A stretch of 64,000 bases of DNA from a virus: the IMG/VR virus record IMGVR_UViG_3300036939_000049, positions 37,253 through 101,252 of that record, one strand, 5' to 3'. The notes beneath the pieces were generated by a model, which made no database searches, had not been told where the DNA came from, and saw only the letters and a program-made list of their open reading frames with translations. Position 1 is the first letter of the stretch. The number at the start of each line of letters is the position of its first letter. Position numbers and translations under genes: made by a program. Shown piece after piece: positions 48,257 to 58,681 of this stretch.

Positions 48257-48925
48257 CTAATTAGCTTCTTCTGCAACTACTACTTCTACCCCCACAGGAG
48301 CTTCAACTGTAACAGGTTGAGGCTCCTCTTCTTTTGCTTCTACTATTCCTAGGATTCGCTTCCTGATTGAATCTGCCATTTCTTCTGATAACCCCCTAGG
48401 TGTGGTTATTCGCTCAGTCCCCTGCGCGATTGTCTGCTTCTCAGTGATACCAGCTAGCTTGATTACGCGATCGCACGCCGCTAATCTATCCACATCACGC
48501 TTGCCGTTTTTCATAATGTCGATAATTACATCAACAGCTTTAACAGCGGCTGTCTTTAGCTTTTCATCCACTTCCGTCAGGATGACTTGCGTTCGCGTGG
48601 CTTGATACTGCTGGGTTACTTTGACACGAGTTTCTTCCCTCGCATCTTTCTCATACGCGATCGCATCACTGATTTTTCCGCGTTTTAACCAAGCCCTTCC
48701 TGTGTTTCTTGCTATACCTGCTATTCTTGCCGCTTCTGAGATACTTTCTCCTCTAGCAATTGAGCTAACAAAAGCTTCCTCTTGGTCTGTTAACCCTATA
48801 TGGGCATTATGCTTAGCCACAATCTTACTCGTTGGTGTTTGCGCGATGCTCAACTGACATGGATAGTTCTGCGCGATCGCCTGAGCAGCTCCGCTCAACG
48901 CCCTGCGCGATCCTTTCAATATCAA
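48257..48925 (-). CDS. Putative terminase small subunit (HTH)
   Basis: LTDQEEAFV..GESISEAARIAGI..WLK, then DRLAA. Co-oriented upstream of terL. Confidence 0.65.
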   Translation of the reverse strand: MILKGSRRALSGAAQAIAQNYPCQLSIAQTPTSKIVAKHNAHIGLTDQEEAFVSSIARGESISEAARIAGIARNTGRAWLKRGKISDAIAYEKDAREETRVKVTQQYQATRTQVILTEVDEKLKTAAVKAVDVIIDIMKNGKRDVDRLAACDRVIKLAGITEKQTIAQGTERITTPRGLSEEMADSIRKRILGIVEAKEEEPQPVTVEAPVGVEVVVAEEAN

Positions 48926-49237
48926 GCTTCTATACGTTATTTGTATCCTAAAATCTTACCGCGCCTCTCACCCCTTGGTTCCCGATCGCGCAGCATACTG
49001 AGATTACTTTTGTATAAAATATTTTTTAGAAATCAGTACAAATACCGATTACACTGTAGACAGTTGAATGTGATAGTAGATGAAGTAACGCGAAAGGAGG
49101 AGACAACAGACGGCAATCATATATAGAAGCGCGATCGCGTAACTCCTTTGTGATCGGCAGCAGACAAACGCAATTACAGCACAGGTTCCGAGCATAGCTA
49201 CCTGTAGGTATAAGTCAAGGATTGCGGTAGGGAGTAA

Positions 49238-49249
49238 GAACCTTGAAAA
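49238..49249 (+). promoter_or_regulatory. boxA-like antitermination element
   Basis: GAACCTTGAAAA matches the cyanobacterial rrn boxA as I recall it; lies in the long leader of the plus-strand block. Confidence 0.55.
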
Positions 49250-49480
49250 GTTAATAGACTGCTAGGACGCCTCTATTAGAGGTTTGACACTAGATTACTC
49301 ACCTGTATGGGTGTAGCGCTGGTTAGTCCCTAGTTAGTCCCTGTAGGCATCTGGTGCTAGACACTTGTAAGTCCTACTATCTATTACGCGATCGCATAGT
49401 GCTCTAAGCGTTGTGCAAGTCAGCGCGATCGCATACCGGATCTGCATTATCCGGCTAATCACACAACACGAGGTAATGTA

Positions 49481-50008
49481 ATGGAAACTGCAACACTTAA
49501 CGGTAATGGTAAGGTTTCTGAAACTGTTACAGATTCTAATTCAATCGTCACAGAATCTAAAACCCAGACAGGCAAAGCAACTAAGAAGAAAGCCGCTAAA
49601 ACCACAAAAGCGGTGGACATTAGTATAGAGCAATTGGAAGGTAAGCGCGATCGCGTCTTATATAAAGAACAGATTGCTCTGAAAAATCCCACGGCCTTAG
49701 CTGAAATTGTCGGCAATTACTACGATGATGAGGCTCATGATATTCGGTACTGGGAAGGGAAAGTTACCGTCTATCTAGTACGAGAGGGCAAGGAGACAGC
49801 AATAGAGGTGGGAACCCTCACTAAGCATGGCTTCGAGATGATTATTCGGGATGTAAAGCTACTTCCCATAGTTGAGCAAATCAAGAAAAAATGGGCATAC
49901 ACAGAGCAAGTCGCCAAGGCTACTAAGAAAGCAACGAAGCGTAAGCTAGAAACCTCTGAGGGTGAAGGTGCGTTAATGGCGCTATTCAACGCTAAGAAGA
50001 AGGGTTAA
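49481..50008 (+). CDS. Hypothetical protein
   Basis: GAGG RBS; first gene of the plus-strand block. Confidence 0.7.
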   Translation: METATLNGNGKVSETVTDSNSIVTESKTQTGKATKKKAAKTTKAVDISIEQLEGKRDRVLYKEQIALKNPTALAEIVGNYYDDEAHDIRYWEGKVTVYLVREGKETAIEVGTLTKHGFEMIIRDVKLLPIVEQIKKKWAYTEQVAKATKKATKRKLETSEGEGALMALFNAKKKG

Positions 50009-50013
50009 GCGTC

Positions 50014-50448
50014 ATGTACAAAACATCTCTTTCGCAAGGCATTGGCAAGCGTGGTAACGGTTCTAGTCAAGTGGCTAACTTTGATGGCAATGAGTTAAGC
50101 GCGATCGCGTCGCACAATCGGACTAGCCGCCGCTACCACATCGAAGTTAAACACGGGATTGTGCTAGTTGTCCTAGCTCAACAATCCCCTGGTAGCCCTA
50201 CCCATGAGGTTGTTGTAGGGGAGGTAGATAGTCATGGACAGTTTGGATTGAAAAATGCCCATATTCTGGCTATAGCCAAGGCTGTCCAATGCGATCCAGA
50301 CAGGTTAATTACTTATATACGCAAGATAGCAGCGGCTAATCCTGCTGTAGAGGGAATATCGTCACGCGATCGATATGGGCATGAGGTAGGCAATCGCAGG
50401 AAAAAGGCTAAGCGCGATCGCATATCCAAGGGTATCCGTATCTGTTAG
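50014..50448 (+). CDS. Hypothetical protein
   Basis: 144-aa ORF. Confidence 0.65.
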   Translation: MYKTSLSQGIGKRGNGSSQVANFDGNELSAIASHNRTSRRYHIEVKHGIVLVVLAQQSPGSPTHEVVVGEVDSHGQFGLKNAHILAIAKAVQCDPDRLITYIRKIAAANPAVEGISSRDRYGHEVGNRRKKAKRDRISKGIRIC

Positions 50449-50940
50449 ATTTTCTTGAGCAAACACCCACTCCTTAACTGGGGTGGGTGTTTTGTGCTGT
50501 CTATCCTCACCCCTATCCAAACCAGGGTAGGGGTGTTTTTTCGTGCCTTGAAATAGGTGGGATACAGATCTGGGTTGTTTCCCGACTGACCAGATCTGTA
50601 CCTAACCCATTTATCAGGAGTAAGTTATGCTTTTTCAAATTCTACTCTCAGACGGTCGCAAAATCTGGAAAGCTGGCAGCGATACTGACGAGATTTGGAA
50701 TATTGTTGAGTACTGGTTTGATGAGGAGCTATGTGATCGCGTAACCACTATCCTTTCTATTGAGCCAGTATAATTCCGTGTTTTTAGGTGCCTCACGAGA
50801 GAATGCGGGTTTCAGGCTATGCAGATGCATGGCTTGATATTTTCCCGTGTTTTCTGATACCTGAACGAGTTTACGTTCTTTCAGCCCTCGATTTACGCGA
50901 TCGGGGGTGTGTTTTTGACCCCTTACGGAATACCACCAGC

Positions 50941-51351
50941 ATGAAAACTATCTATCAGCAACTTAAAGAGATCGTGTCCAACAATTCTCATTTGCTTACC
51001 GCCTACCAGACAGATCTGACTGTTCATGACTTATCAGCGTTGCGACAATCTCGATCTGGTGAGGTATATGTGTGGGGTTTGCGCGAACATGGCACTCAAA
51101 TGACCCCAGTACCAAACGCTTGTAAATGGGCGAACAGTTTTCCTAAGCTAGCGGACAAAGAGAAAGCATGGGAATGGAATCAAGGTTGGATTGCGTCTAT
51201 AGCAAAGAACCACCCAGAAACTCTATGGTTTAAGCTGACCTTGACTGGAAAGAACCAAGGCATCGTTGAGCCAATTTCATCAAATGACGCGATCGCGCTC
51301 TTGAAGTGGAAGTCTGATATTAGCAGTGTGTTCGCACACAAACAAAAATAG
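50941..51351 (+). CDS. Hypothetical protein
   Basis: Start placed at MKTIYQ. Confidence 0.6.
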   Translation: MKTIYQQLKEIVSNNSHLLTAYQTDLTVHDLSALRQSRSGEVYVWGLREHGTQMTPVPNACKWANSFPKLADKEKAWEWNQGWIASIAKNHPETLWFKLTLTGKNQGIVEPISSNDAIALLKWKSDISSVFAHKQK

Positions 51352-51673
51352 ACCAGCTTCCGTAATGGTTGTTGGCTTCTTGTGCTTAGCTTAGGTAGTC
51401 TTAACAGGTCTTATGTGATCGCGAAGCGCTGCTACGAAGCGCAGATCGCGCTCCTAAATCTCACGTACACGAATCGTGTACATCATCGAGCATCAGCCAC
51501 ATTAGCATAGAGCGCTCTCAGTTGTTGTAGTGCCCTTACTCGACTTCTGGGAGACTTGCTCATGTGCCTACCGTTGACACTCACTATGTAGAACCGACTA
51601 CGCTTTCCTTTCCTAACTCGATGCAAATGGTACGGCATAGCAAGACACGGGATTTATTATAATTCTAACCTGT

Positions 51674-51970
51674 TTGATGTTGACGCATGTTCAAACTGGA
51701 CTGTATTGTTTATGTATCATGTTCAGTAGTTACTTACTGGAGGGCGTTACGAAGAAAAAGTATAAAGGCAGAGGCGGCAAGCGACCAGGGGCGGGAGGAA
51801 AGCCGACATGGAAGCTTGGAAAGACGAAATCGGTCAGACTGCCGGAAGCGATCGCGCCACAAATCATTGAATTTTCACGAGCGATTGATGCTGGTGCGTT
51901 GAATGAGCAGGACGCGATCGCGCTCATCGAAAAAGCGATGATTTTTATCCAAGCAGAAACAGACTTCTAA
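51674..51970 (+). CDS. Small DNA-binding protein (GG.R.GAG motif)
   Basis: RGGKRPGAGGKP...TKSVRLP; start uncertain. Confidence 0.6.
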   Translation: MMLTHVQTGLYCLCIMFSSYLLEGVTKKKYKGRGGKRPGAGGKPTWKLGKTKSVRLPEAIAPQIIEFSRAIDAGALNEQDAIALIEKAMIFIQAETDF

Positions 51971-51994
51971 ACACGGGGTAAAGCAAATGACGAC

Positions 51995-52053
51995 GTCAAC
52001 GACCCGCCGCTAACCCTGTCGGGTATAACGGGAGTCCCCTTGCCGCATTTAAG
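51995..52053 (+). mobile_element. 59-bp minimal IS200/IS605 derivative (PATE-like) made of IscB element ends
   Basis: gtcaacgacccgccgctaacc (start of element 2) joined to ct.tcgggtataacgggagtccccttgccgcattt.ag (end of element 1), followed by ATGG. Confidence 0.85.
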
Positions 52054-52287
52054 ATGGAGAAAAGGTGCCAGTCTCTTGTCGTCGTCAATATGGCATGGGC
52101 ATGGGGAGCGAATGGAATGCCAAGTTGATGGCGTAACCCAATCACGAAGTGCCGCTGCAAAGCGCGATCGCGCCCTAACTTTTCCGCCGCTGTAAACTTT
52201 TCGTGTACATCTTCCTTCCCTCAGTTAGCGTCCGACCCGCTACTGGGGGTTTTACTTTACCCTGTTCAAACTAAAGCTTTTTCAATC

Positions 52288-53367
52288 ATGGCAACAACCA
52301 AGAAAACAACAATCGCAAAAGCTAAAGATCCATACGTTCACGAGTTTCCCGCCATGCGTGGTGTTATGGCTGGGCGTGAGTTTTACTCCTGCATTGTCCC
52401 TATTCGAGTCCTCACTAAAATCTTTCTGTTCGATGAAGAAGAAGTTCCGGTTGAACTTCGGGTGCAGCGCACGTTAAACCCAAAGCGTGCTGATGACATC
52501 CGTGACTATGTAATCGATAACCCTAAAGATTACGTTCTACCTTCTCTCACGGCATCCGTTGACGGAGAGCTTGAATTTGTCCCAATCTCTGATGAGGGGG
52601 ACTTGAGAAAATTGGGCGTACTGCGTGTCGCGATCGCGTCCAGATTTATTCTCAACGATGGTCAGCACAGAAAGGCTGGACTGACCAAGGCCCTGCAAGA
52701 AAACCCACAGCTAGCCTATGAGTCGGTCAATGTTCTGTTCTTTCTAGATATCGGGTTGAAGCGATGCCAGCAAATCTTTTCCGATATCAATCGGAACATG
52801 AAAATCCCGGATGCGGCAATCAACATTACCTTCGATCATCGTGACGCGATCGCGGTAATGACTCGTGAAGTTATCAAAGAAATACCGTTCCTACGCCAGT
52901 TTGTTCAACAAGCGGGAGGAACCATTAAGGCTAAGAGTAACAAGCTTTTGGTAGTAACTTGGGTGTACAAGGCTAATCAACGAATCAGTGCGGTGCTGGC
53001 ATCAGGTCAGCAGGAGTTTTGCTTGAAATTCTGGGAAGCGCTGATTGCTAATACACCCAAGTGGCAAGAGGTGCTAAATCAGGAGATATCGGCAGAGGTT
53101 CTGCGACGTGATTACATTTGTTGTACCGCGATCGCGATTGAAGCTTTCTCTCATCTAGGTGTAGCACTAGCTCAAAATCCAACCTATATCGAACATCCAG
53201 AAAAGATGCTAGATAAATTAGCATCCCTTGCGACCGTTGATTGGTGGAAGCAAGAAAAAACTTGGTTGGGTATGGTTGTAGATACCAATGGACGAATGCT
53301 GACCAAGAAAGAGAACATCCAGCTACTTATTCAGCATCTATCACAAGTTACAGGAATACGCGCATGA
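52288..53367 (+). CDS. dndB: DndB-family DGQHR domain protein
   Basis: FPAMRG..REFY, QRTLN..R, YV.PSLTASVD, NDGQHR, QQIFSDIN, FDHRD. Confidence 0.85.
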   Translation: MATTKKTTIAKAKDPYVHEFPAMRGVMAGREFYSCIVPIRVLTKIFLFDEEEVPVELRVQRTLNPKRADDIRDYVIDNPKDYVLPSLTASVDGELEFVPISDEGDLRKLGVLRVAIASRFILNDGQHRKAGLTKALQENPQLAYESVNVLFFLDIGLKRCQQIFSDINRNMKIPDAAINITFDHRDAIAVMTREVIKEIPFLRQFVQQAGGTIKAKSNKLLVVTWVYKANQRISAVLASGQQEFCLKFWEALIANTPKWQEVLNQEISAEVLRRDYICCTAIAIEAFSHLGVALAQNPTYIEHPEKMLDKLASLATVDWWKQEKTWLGMVVDTNGRMLTKKENIQLLIQHLSQVTGIRA

Positions 53368-53675
53368 GCAACGATTGGCAAAATTTCAAGTTCAAGCCAA
53401 ATGAAACGCCGCCAAAAGTAATTGAGGGGGCTGACCCGTTCAATGATCAGATAGAAGCGGCTTCTTATCTTCTATCTACACCACCAGCAACAGAAGAACC
53501 TCCAAAGAGAAAACCGATGCGTGACCTAAAGCGAGGCGACAAGGTAAAGCTTCCTACTGGTGAAATCTTTGAGATGACCAGTGTTGAGGTGATGCGAGGA
53601 ACATTCTTCGCTTTCAATGTAATAGATGAGAGTGACCGACGAATGCTTAAAGCAAAAGACGTTGAAGCCCTTTGA
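53364..53675 (+). CDS. Hypothetical protein
   Basis: ATGA overlap with the dndB stop (MSNDWQ). Confidence 0.6.
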   Translation: MSNDWQNFKFKPNETPPKVIEGADPFNDQIEAASYLLSTPPATEEPPKRKPMRDLKRGDKVKLPTGEIFEMTSVEVMRGTFFAFNVIDESDRRMLKAKDVEAL

Positions 53676-53699
53676 TAGTTTCTGGTTCACACAAGAGAC

Positions 53700-54068
53700 A
53701 TGACAAGAAAAAATAACTACCGCGAAACCATTCTTCACTTAAAGGCTCAACGCGATCGCGCAATTGAGCATCTCAAAAAGTTAGACCCTACCAAGAATTG
53801 GGCATCTATTCTCGAAGCAGAAGGGTACGATTCGTTAACTCCTGAATACAGGGAAACACACATACAGCAAGCGCAGGTCAAGGCAAGAGCAAACCTCAAG
53901 CCCAACGTAGGGAGACGCCCGCCTAAGAAAATTTTAGTCGGTGGTCAAGAGAAAACCTACAAAGAGCTAGCGCAGGAGCGTGGTGTGACGATTGCAACCG
54001 TTCGCAATCAAATCTGGAAACAACAGAAAACCCAAGCACCCGTTGATGCCGATACGCAAGACGGTTAA
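53700..54068 (+). CDS. Putative HTH protein
   Basis: TYKELAQERGVTIATVRN. Confidence 0.6.
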   Translation: MTRKNNYRETILHLKAQRDRAIEHLKKLDPTKNWASILEAEGYDSLTPEYRETHIQQAQVKARANLKPNVGRRPPKKILVGGQEKTYKELAQERGVTIATVRNQIWKQQKTQAPVDADTQDG

Positions 54069-54157
54069 ACGTTAATCCGTAGAAGATGCGATCACGTGAG
54101 ACGTTCCAGTGACTACGTGATCGCTTGTCAACCCAACAATAGGTTAACTCTAAAATT

Positions 54158-54520
54158 ATGCAATTTTACTGTGTCAATGATCACGGTTTTCGGCGTGTTA
54201 TTGGATTTAATGATGTCGAGCGTTGTGTCGTTTCGTTCTATCCTCATTCCCCCCATTTTGATTGGGATTACGCGCAGGCTACAAAAGAAGAGTCACAAAA
54301 ATATCTTAAAGACTATGGAGTACCTTGTAGCCTTAATATCCCGTGTATTGCAGGTTATCTAGAATGGAAGCAGGCTGTAGAAGACGAGATGACATTCTTA
54401 GAACTGATGCGAGAGCCAGAAGACGAGTCTTCACAAATACAGGTATCAGAACTGGTGATGCAAATCTTTTTTTTAAGTGGTTTATCCGTTCAAGAGGTTT
54501 CAAGAAGTTTATGGGAATAA
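54158..54520 (+). CDS. Hypothetical protein
   Basis: 120-aa ORF. Confidence 0.55.
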   Translation: MQFYCVNDHGFRRVIGFNDVERCVVSFYPHSPHFDWDYAQATKEESQKYLKDYGVPCSLNIPCIAGYLEWKQAVEDEMTFLELMREPEDESSQIQVSELVMQIFFLSGLSVQEVSRSLWE

Positions 54521-54650
54521 CTCAACAAATAACACTACGAAAAACCTCGCTATTCACCTAACTCATGCGAATAGTTTACATCGCGATCACGTTGTCGTAG
54601 AAAACCCGTGATCGCGTTTTGTTGACCCTAGATGGCGCAACTAATTTATA

Positions 54651-55031
54651 ATGACACAACAAAAAACACGCAAAATCGAAGATTTCTCTTGGTCGTACAA
54701 GGGATCTGAGTGTCATGCTCAAATAGAAAGCGACGATCCTTTTGTCTGGGCGCAACAACGATGTCGCCAAAACCCAATTTATTGGCAGATAGATTTTCCC
54801 AATTCTTACTTTGTCGAGAAACAACCATTTCAGCAAAGCCTAGATGAATGCATACTCAAGCTTGAAATGCTTATTGAGGCAAGCGGTATCGATCCATTGA
54901 TAAAAAAGCGCCTACCTAAGGAGTTGTTTGATGGGTATCAATTTCAATGTAGCCAAGCTGAGCTAAGAGAAATTCTTGACAAGTTGATACCCGTTCCAGG
55001 TCAACTCTCTTTATTCTCTTCATGGGATTAA
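54651..55031 (+). CDS. Hypothetical protein with a C-terminal QLSLF clamp-binding-like motif
   Basis: GQLSLF. Confidence 0.6.
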   Translation: MTQQKTRKIEDFSWSYKGSECHAQIESDDPFVWAQQRCRQNPIYWQIDFPNSYFVEKQPFQQSLDECILKLEMLIEASGIDPLIKKRLPKELFDGYQFQCSQAELREILDKLIPVPGQLSLFSSWD

Positions 55032-56014
55032 AATTCATGACATTATTTGATCTCGCCGAATACGATCAGCGAACGATCGCGTGCGACAAACACCTCAAAG
55101 AAATTAGTAGTGTTGCTGACGCAGTCGTTGTGAGCGTCTCGTCTGGCAAAACCTCAACCTATCTTGCTCTCAATAAAGATCCAGAAGACAAGCGCCCATA
55201 CTACTATCAGTTTGCCGTTGTCCTGACGAGTGATTTGAATGCGCGCCCAAAAGACAAAGGTTTGCTCAGGGAATGTCAGAAACGCATCCCTTGGTTTGAA
55301 GCTTCTCATGAAGTAGATGATTCGCTCAAGGTCATCTTGCAGCTTGAGCAAGAGCTAGGGCAGGAGGTTCGCTGGGTCGCATCACCAATGACTTTTGAGG
55401 AACTAATAGTAGCGAAAGGACAATTGCCTAACCGATCAAGACGTCTCTGCACTCAATACCTAAAATATGAGCCTCAGTTTTGGGATACTTACCTCAATCT
55501 AGGCGAAGGGTTAGCTGTCCAGAACAACAGCTTTATTCCCAACCCGTTGTCGATAGAAGTCCAGATTGGGTACAGGTGGGATGAGCGGCAACGAGTGTAT
55601 CGTGCTTTGGGTCTTGAAGCTAATAGTAGCGATTGCGATGCATTTGAGTTCGCCTATTGCTGCGACTTAGATGGGCAGTTTACCGGAAAACACCGATGGA
55701 GAAAAGTAGATTGGCGGATACGGACTTTCCCTCTGTACAGTCGCCGCATTACGACCGAAAATGTGTGGAAATATTGGGAGTACAGAGGATGGAACTACAA
55801 ATTTCCAAAAATTTCCAACTGTGTACTCTGTTTTCATAAGACAAAAGAAGAATTACAGTGTCAATCGGCTCTTTACCCTGAACGAGTGCCTAACTGGATG
55901 GCGCAAGAGGCTAAAACAGGGCATACGTTCAATAAGACCGCTAGTCTTCAAGAAATCATCTTTGAGGGCGCATCAGCAGAATCTGATTCTATGCCTTGCT
56001 CTTGTACAGATTAG
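55022..56014 (+). CDS. PAPS-reductase-like (PP-loop) protein
   Basis: VSVSSGKTS, R.CTQYLK, IGYRWDE..R, FPL, NCVLC, C-terminal CSC. Confidence 0.75.
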   Translation: MGLKFMTLFDLAEYDQRTIACDKHLKEISSVADAVVVSVSSGKTSTYLALNKDPEDKRPYYYQFAVVLTSDLNARPKDKGLLRECQKRIPWFEASHEVDDSLKVILQLEQELGQEVRWVASPMTFEELIVAKGQLPNRSRRLCTQYLKYEPQFWDTYLNLGEGLAVQNNSFIPNPLSIEVQIGYRWDERQRVYRALGLEANSSDCDAFEFAYCCDLDGQFTGKHRWRKVDWRIRTFPLYSRRITTENVWKYWEYRGWNYKFPKISNCVLCFHKTKEELQCQSALYPERVPNWMAQEAKTGHTFNKTASLQEIIFEGASAESDSMPCSCTD

Positions 56015-56071
56015 CTTGACTACAATGTACACGAAAAGTTTACACCGTGATCGCGTTCCATATCTTGACTA

Positions 56072-56872
56072 ATGACCAATCGCCAATTAGTAGAGGATGC
56101 GATCGCGTCCATCCAATCCCTTAAATCTGACTATCCTGACCCCAGTACCTTGATTAAATTTCCTGGAGCTGGGGTTCTCAAAGAAGCTGGAGTTCTTACC
56201 AACGATAAACCTGCATGGGTTGTTGCTGCAAGAACAGCACTGCGGCAGCTCCTGAGTGTTGAGGAGTGGGAGGAACTGGTAAATGTGGGAATGCTAAATC
56301 AGCACTTTACCAGTCATGCGATCGCGCAGGAAATGTGGAACTTCGCATTTGAGTTCACGGGTTATCGCCAGCTCAAGGTACTAGACCCTGGGTGTGGGAC
56401 TGCGGGCTTTTATCATACTTGTCCGCACCCGCATCTCATCACCTACACCGGTGTTGAGATAACCAAGGTTTGCTCGGATATTGCCAAGTGTTCTACTGAG
56501 TCTAATGCTGCTATCTGGCAGCGGGACTTTATGAAGTGGGAGTATCCAGTGCAGTTTGACCTCGTGATCGGAAATGTACCATTTGTAAATGGGTGTAAGA
56601 AGGTGTTGCTAGGTGATCTACGAGTTAACTTAGGCTTGCACGCTCAGTTTTTTGTTAAAGCTCTAGGACATTTAGCTCCTGGTGGGCTACTGATGTTCCT
56701 CACTTCCACTAATACGCTTGATTCAGTTGGGGAAGATTATGTGAGGTTTCGAGAGTGGGTACGCGATCGCGCTAAGTTTCTTGGTGCTATCCGCTTACCC
56801 TGCGATGGTTCCACTCATGTGGGTGGGACTGAAGTAACGACAGATTTAGTGATTTTGCAAAAACAGCCTTGA
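56072..56872 (+). CDS. N6-adenine DNA methyltransferase (DarB/COG4646 N-terminal-like)
   Basis: QHFTS, VLDPGCGT, IGNVPF, LGAIRLP, TEVTTDLVILQK. Confidence 0.85.
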   Translation: MTNRQLVEDAIASIQSLKSDYPDPSTLIKFPGAGVLKEAGVLTNDKPAWVVAARTALRQLLSVEEWEELVNVGMLNQHFTSHAIAQEMWNFAFEFTGYRQLKVLDPGCGTAGFYHTCPHPHLITYTGVEITKVCSDIAKCSTESNAAIWQRDFMKWEYPVQFDLVIGNVPFVNGCKKVLLGDLRVNLGLHAQFFVKALGHLAPGGLLMFLTSTNTLDSVGEDYVRFREWVRDRAKFLGAIRLPCDGSTHVGGTEVTTDLVILQKQP

Positions 56873-56961
56873 CACTTACCCCTTTAGGAGTAGATGACAA
56901 CCTGTACGGCTACGGGGATGAAAATCGCTACATTTAGATTCAAAATACAGGGAATAAAAAA

Positions 56962-57309
56962 ATGGGTTGGGATGGATTTCAGGATGCTGTTGGTGGATAT
57001 GTAGAGGAAGTGACGATAAGGCGATTGCTAGTAAATGGGCATGAAGTCATTGTTCGGAATATTGCCCATCGACAAGAGCAAGGGTTGTTGAGTAGTTGTA
57101 CTGCCTTTTATCAGGGCACAACATATAGTGGTGAATGGTTAGTATCGATGCCGGATGATGAGCTGTCTGCTGAGCTTATCAGACGGAATAAAGAGAAGAA
57201 CGAAAGACAGCAGCTAACAAACGAGTTAGATTCTCTCGTCTATCACAAGGGTGTTGTCACAAAGGTGATGAAGCAAAGAATAGCTGAACTTAGGGCTATT
57301 CTGTATTAA
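56962..57309 (+). CDS. Hypothetical protein
   Basis: 115-aa ORF. Confidence 0.6.
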   Translation: MGWDGFQDAVGGYVEEVTIRRLLVNGHEVIVRNIAHRQEQGLLSSCTAFYQGTTYSGEWLVSMPDDELSAELIRRNKEKNERQQLTNELDSLVYHKGVVTKVMKQRIAELRAILY

Positions 57310-57325
57310 CAACAAAAATCTCACA

Positions 57326-58681
57326 ATGTGGATCAAGGCTGAAATAATCTCAGTCCCAGCCCATAAAAGCCAGACAACTGAAGTCAGCGTTAACGAGTGG
57401 TTCATCCAGAATCACTCGTTTTTGTTAGGCACCCCCGTAGCAAGTCAGTTACGGGGGACTGCTGGTGGCTGGGTACAAACTTGTGCAGTGGAAGCGCGAT
57501 CGGGACAAGACACGATCGCGCTACTGCGTGACAGACTTTCTCAAATTCTGGTTAGGGCGAGGGGAGATGATGCAACATCCCCCTCGTGCAATGACCCAAA
57601 CAAAGCAACATCAACACAAGGATATTTTAACATCATGGCTACTATCATTCCGGCTGACCGTTTCGAGTCCAACTCAGTTTACGCTTTCATCCTGCGAGAG
57701 AATCCCAAGGCGTCAGGGATTGAGATTCAGTTTCCCTTAGACTGCACTGAAATTGAGTGGCGGGAGAACACACGCTGGACTAATACTGAGCGGAGCAACA
57801 TACGCGATCGCATAAGCCAATCAACTTCTGGCTTTATCTCAGTGATTGAGAAAGAAGGGTTTCAGCAGGCGAATACTAACCCGTTTTTGTGGTGCGTAAA
57901 GGTGCTTGACTCTGGGATGTTTACTCAGAAAATGTCCAAGGCCAGAAGCTGGGTAAACAAGTGTTCACGGTTAGGTGCCTATGAAATTGAGGCGAGTATC
58001 CCAGTTGAGCAAACTAAATCTCGCCGCCGTAAACCCGCAACACCCGCAAGTCAACCGCAAGTTGAGCTTAGACCTAACTCAACCTTAACTCAACCTTCGG
58101 GTAATAAATTAGCTGATGCGATCGCGTCAGTTCTTTTGCCTCAGATTGTGGAAGCTGTCGGGGCGTCCCAGCAGACTAAGGAATTAGAGCGAGAGCTTGA
58201 TCGCTTAAGGATGCAGGTAGAAGACTTACAAGAAGTACGGGCGAAGTATGAAGTAGAGAACATGCGGCTTCATAATGAACGCGATGCGGCGTTGGCTCGC
58301 ATTGAGGAGATGGAGAGTGCTGCACAAGAACTGGGAAGTGAGGTGGAGAAATTTCGTGAGCTGGCAATTGAGCTAGAGCGCGATCGCGACGCACTCAAGT
58401 TAACTTTAGCTGAAGTCGGGTTAGATCCGGATTCAGATCTAACTCAACCTGAACCCACAGTTAACTGGGATGAATCTCCTACACCCGAACTTGTTTCATG
58501 GGATGACGATGACACGCAGCCAGACACCACGAATTCCACTCAAGCTGTGGACTGGGATGAAGACTTGGGGGAGTCGCAGTTAGGTTCAGAATCAAAGGAC
58601 GAACCCGACGACACCGGCGAAAAAGAGGAATCCGACCCTGAAGGATTTGACCCAGAGCTTTTAGAAAGCTTGGGGGAGTAG
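57326..58681 (+). CDS. Hypothetical protein with a DarB-like N-terminal segment, coiled coil and acidic tail
   Basis: VSVNEWFIQNHSFLLG; long heptad region; D/E-rich C-terminus. Confidence 0.7.
   Translation: MWIKAEIISVPAHKSQTTEVSVNEWFIQNHSFLLGTPVASQLRGTAGGWVQTCAVEARSGQDTIALLRDRLSQILVRARGDDATSPSCNDPNKATSTQGYFNIMATIIPADRFESNSVYAFILRENPKASGIEIQFPLDCTEIEWRENTRWTNTERSNIRDRISQSTSGFISVIEKEGFQQANTNPFLWCVKVLDSGMFTQKMSKARSWVNKCSRLGAYEIEASIPVEQTKSRRRKPATPASQPQVELRPNSTLTQPSGNKLADAIASVLLPQIVEAVGASQQTKELERELDRLRMQVEDLQEVRAKYEVENMRLHNERDAALARIEEMESAAQELGSEVEKFRELAIELERDRDALKLTLAEVGLDPDSDLTQPEPTVNWDESPTPELVSWDDDDTQPDTTNSTQAVDWDEDLGESQLGSESKDEPDDTGEKEESDPEGFDPELLESLGE

Noticed and set aside
50455-50940. ORF 50487-50744 and the N-terminal extension of 50788
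   Set aside because: The region has terminator-like hairpins and atypical composition; probably non-coding.
52288-56014. Complete Dnd phosphorothioation system
   Set aside because: No dndA, dndD or dndE; the PAPS-reductase-like gene is not clearly DndC.
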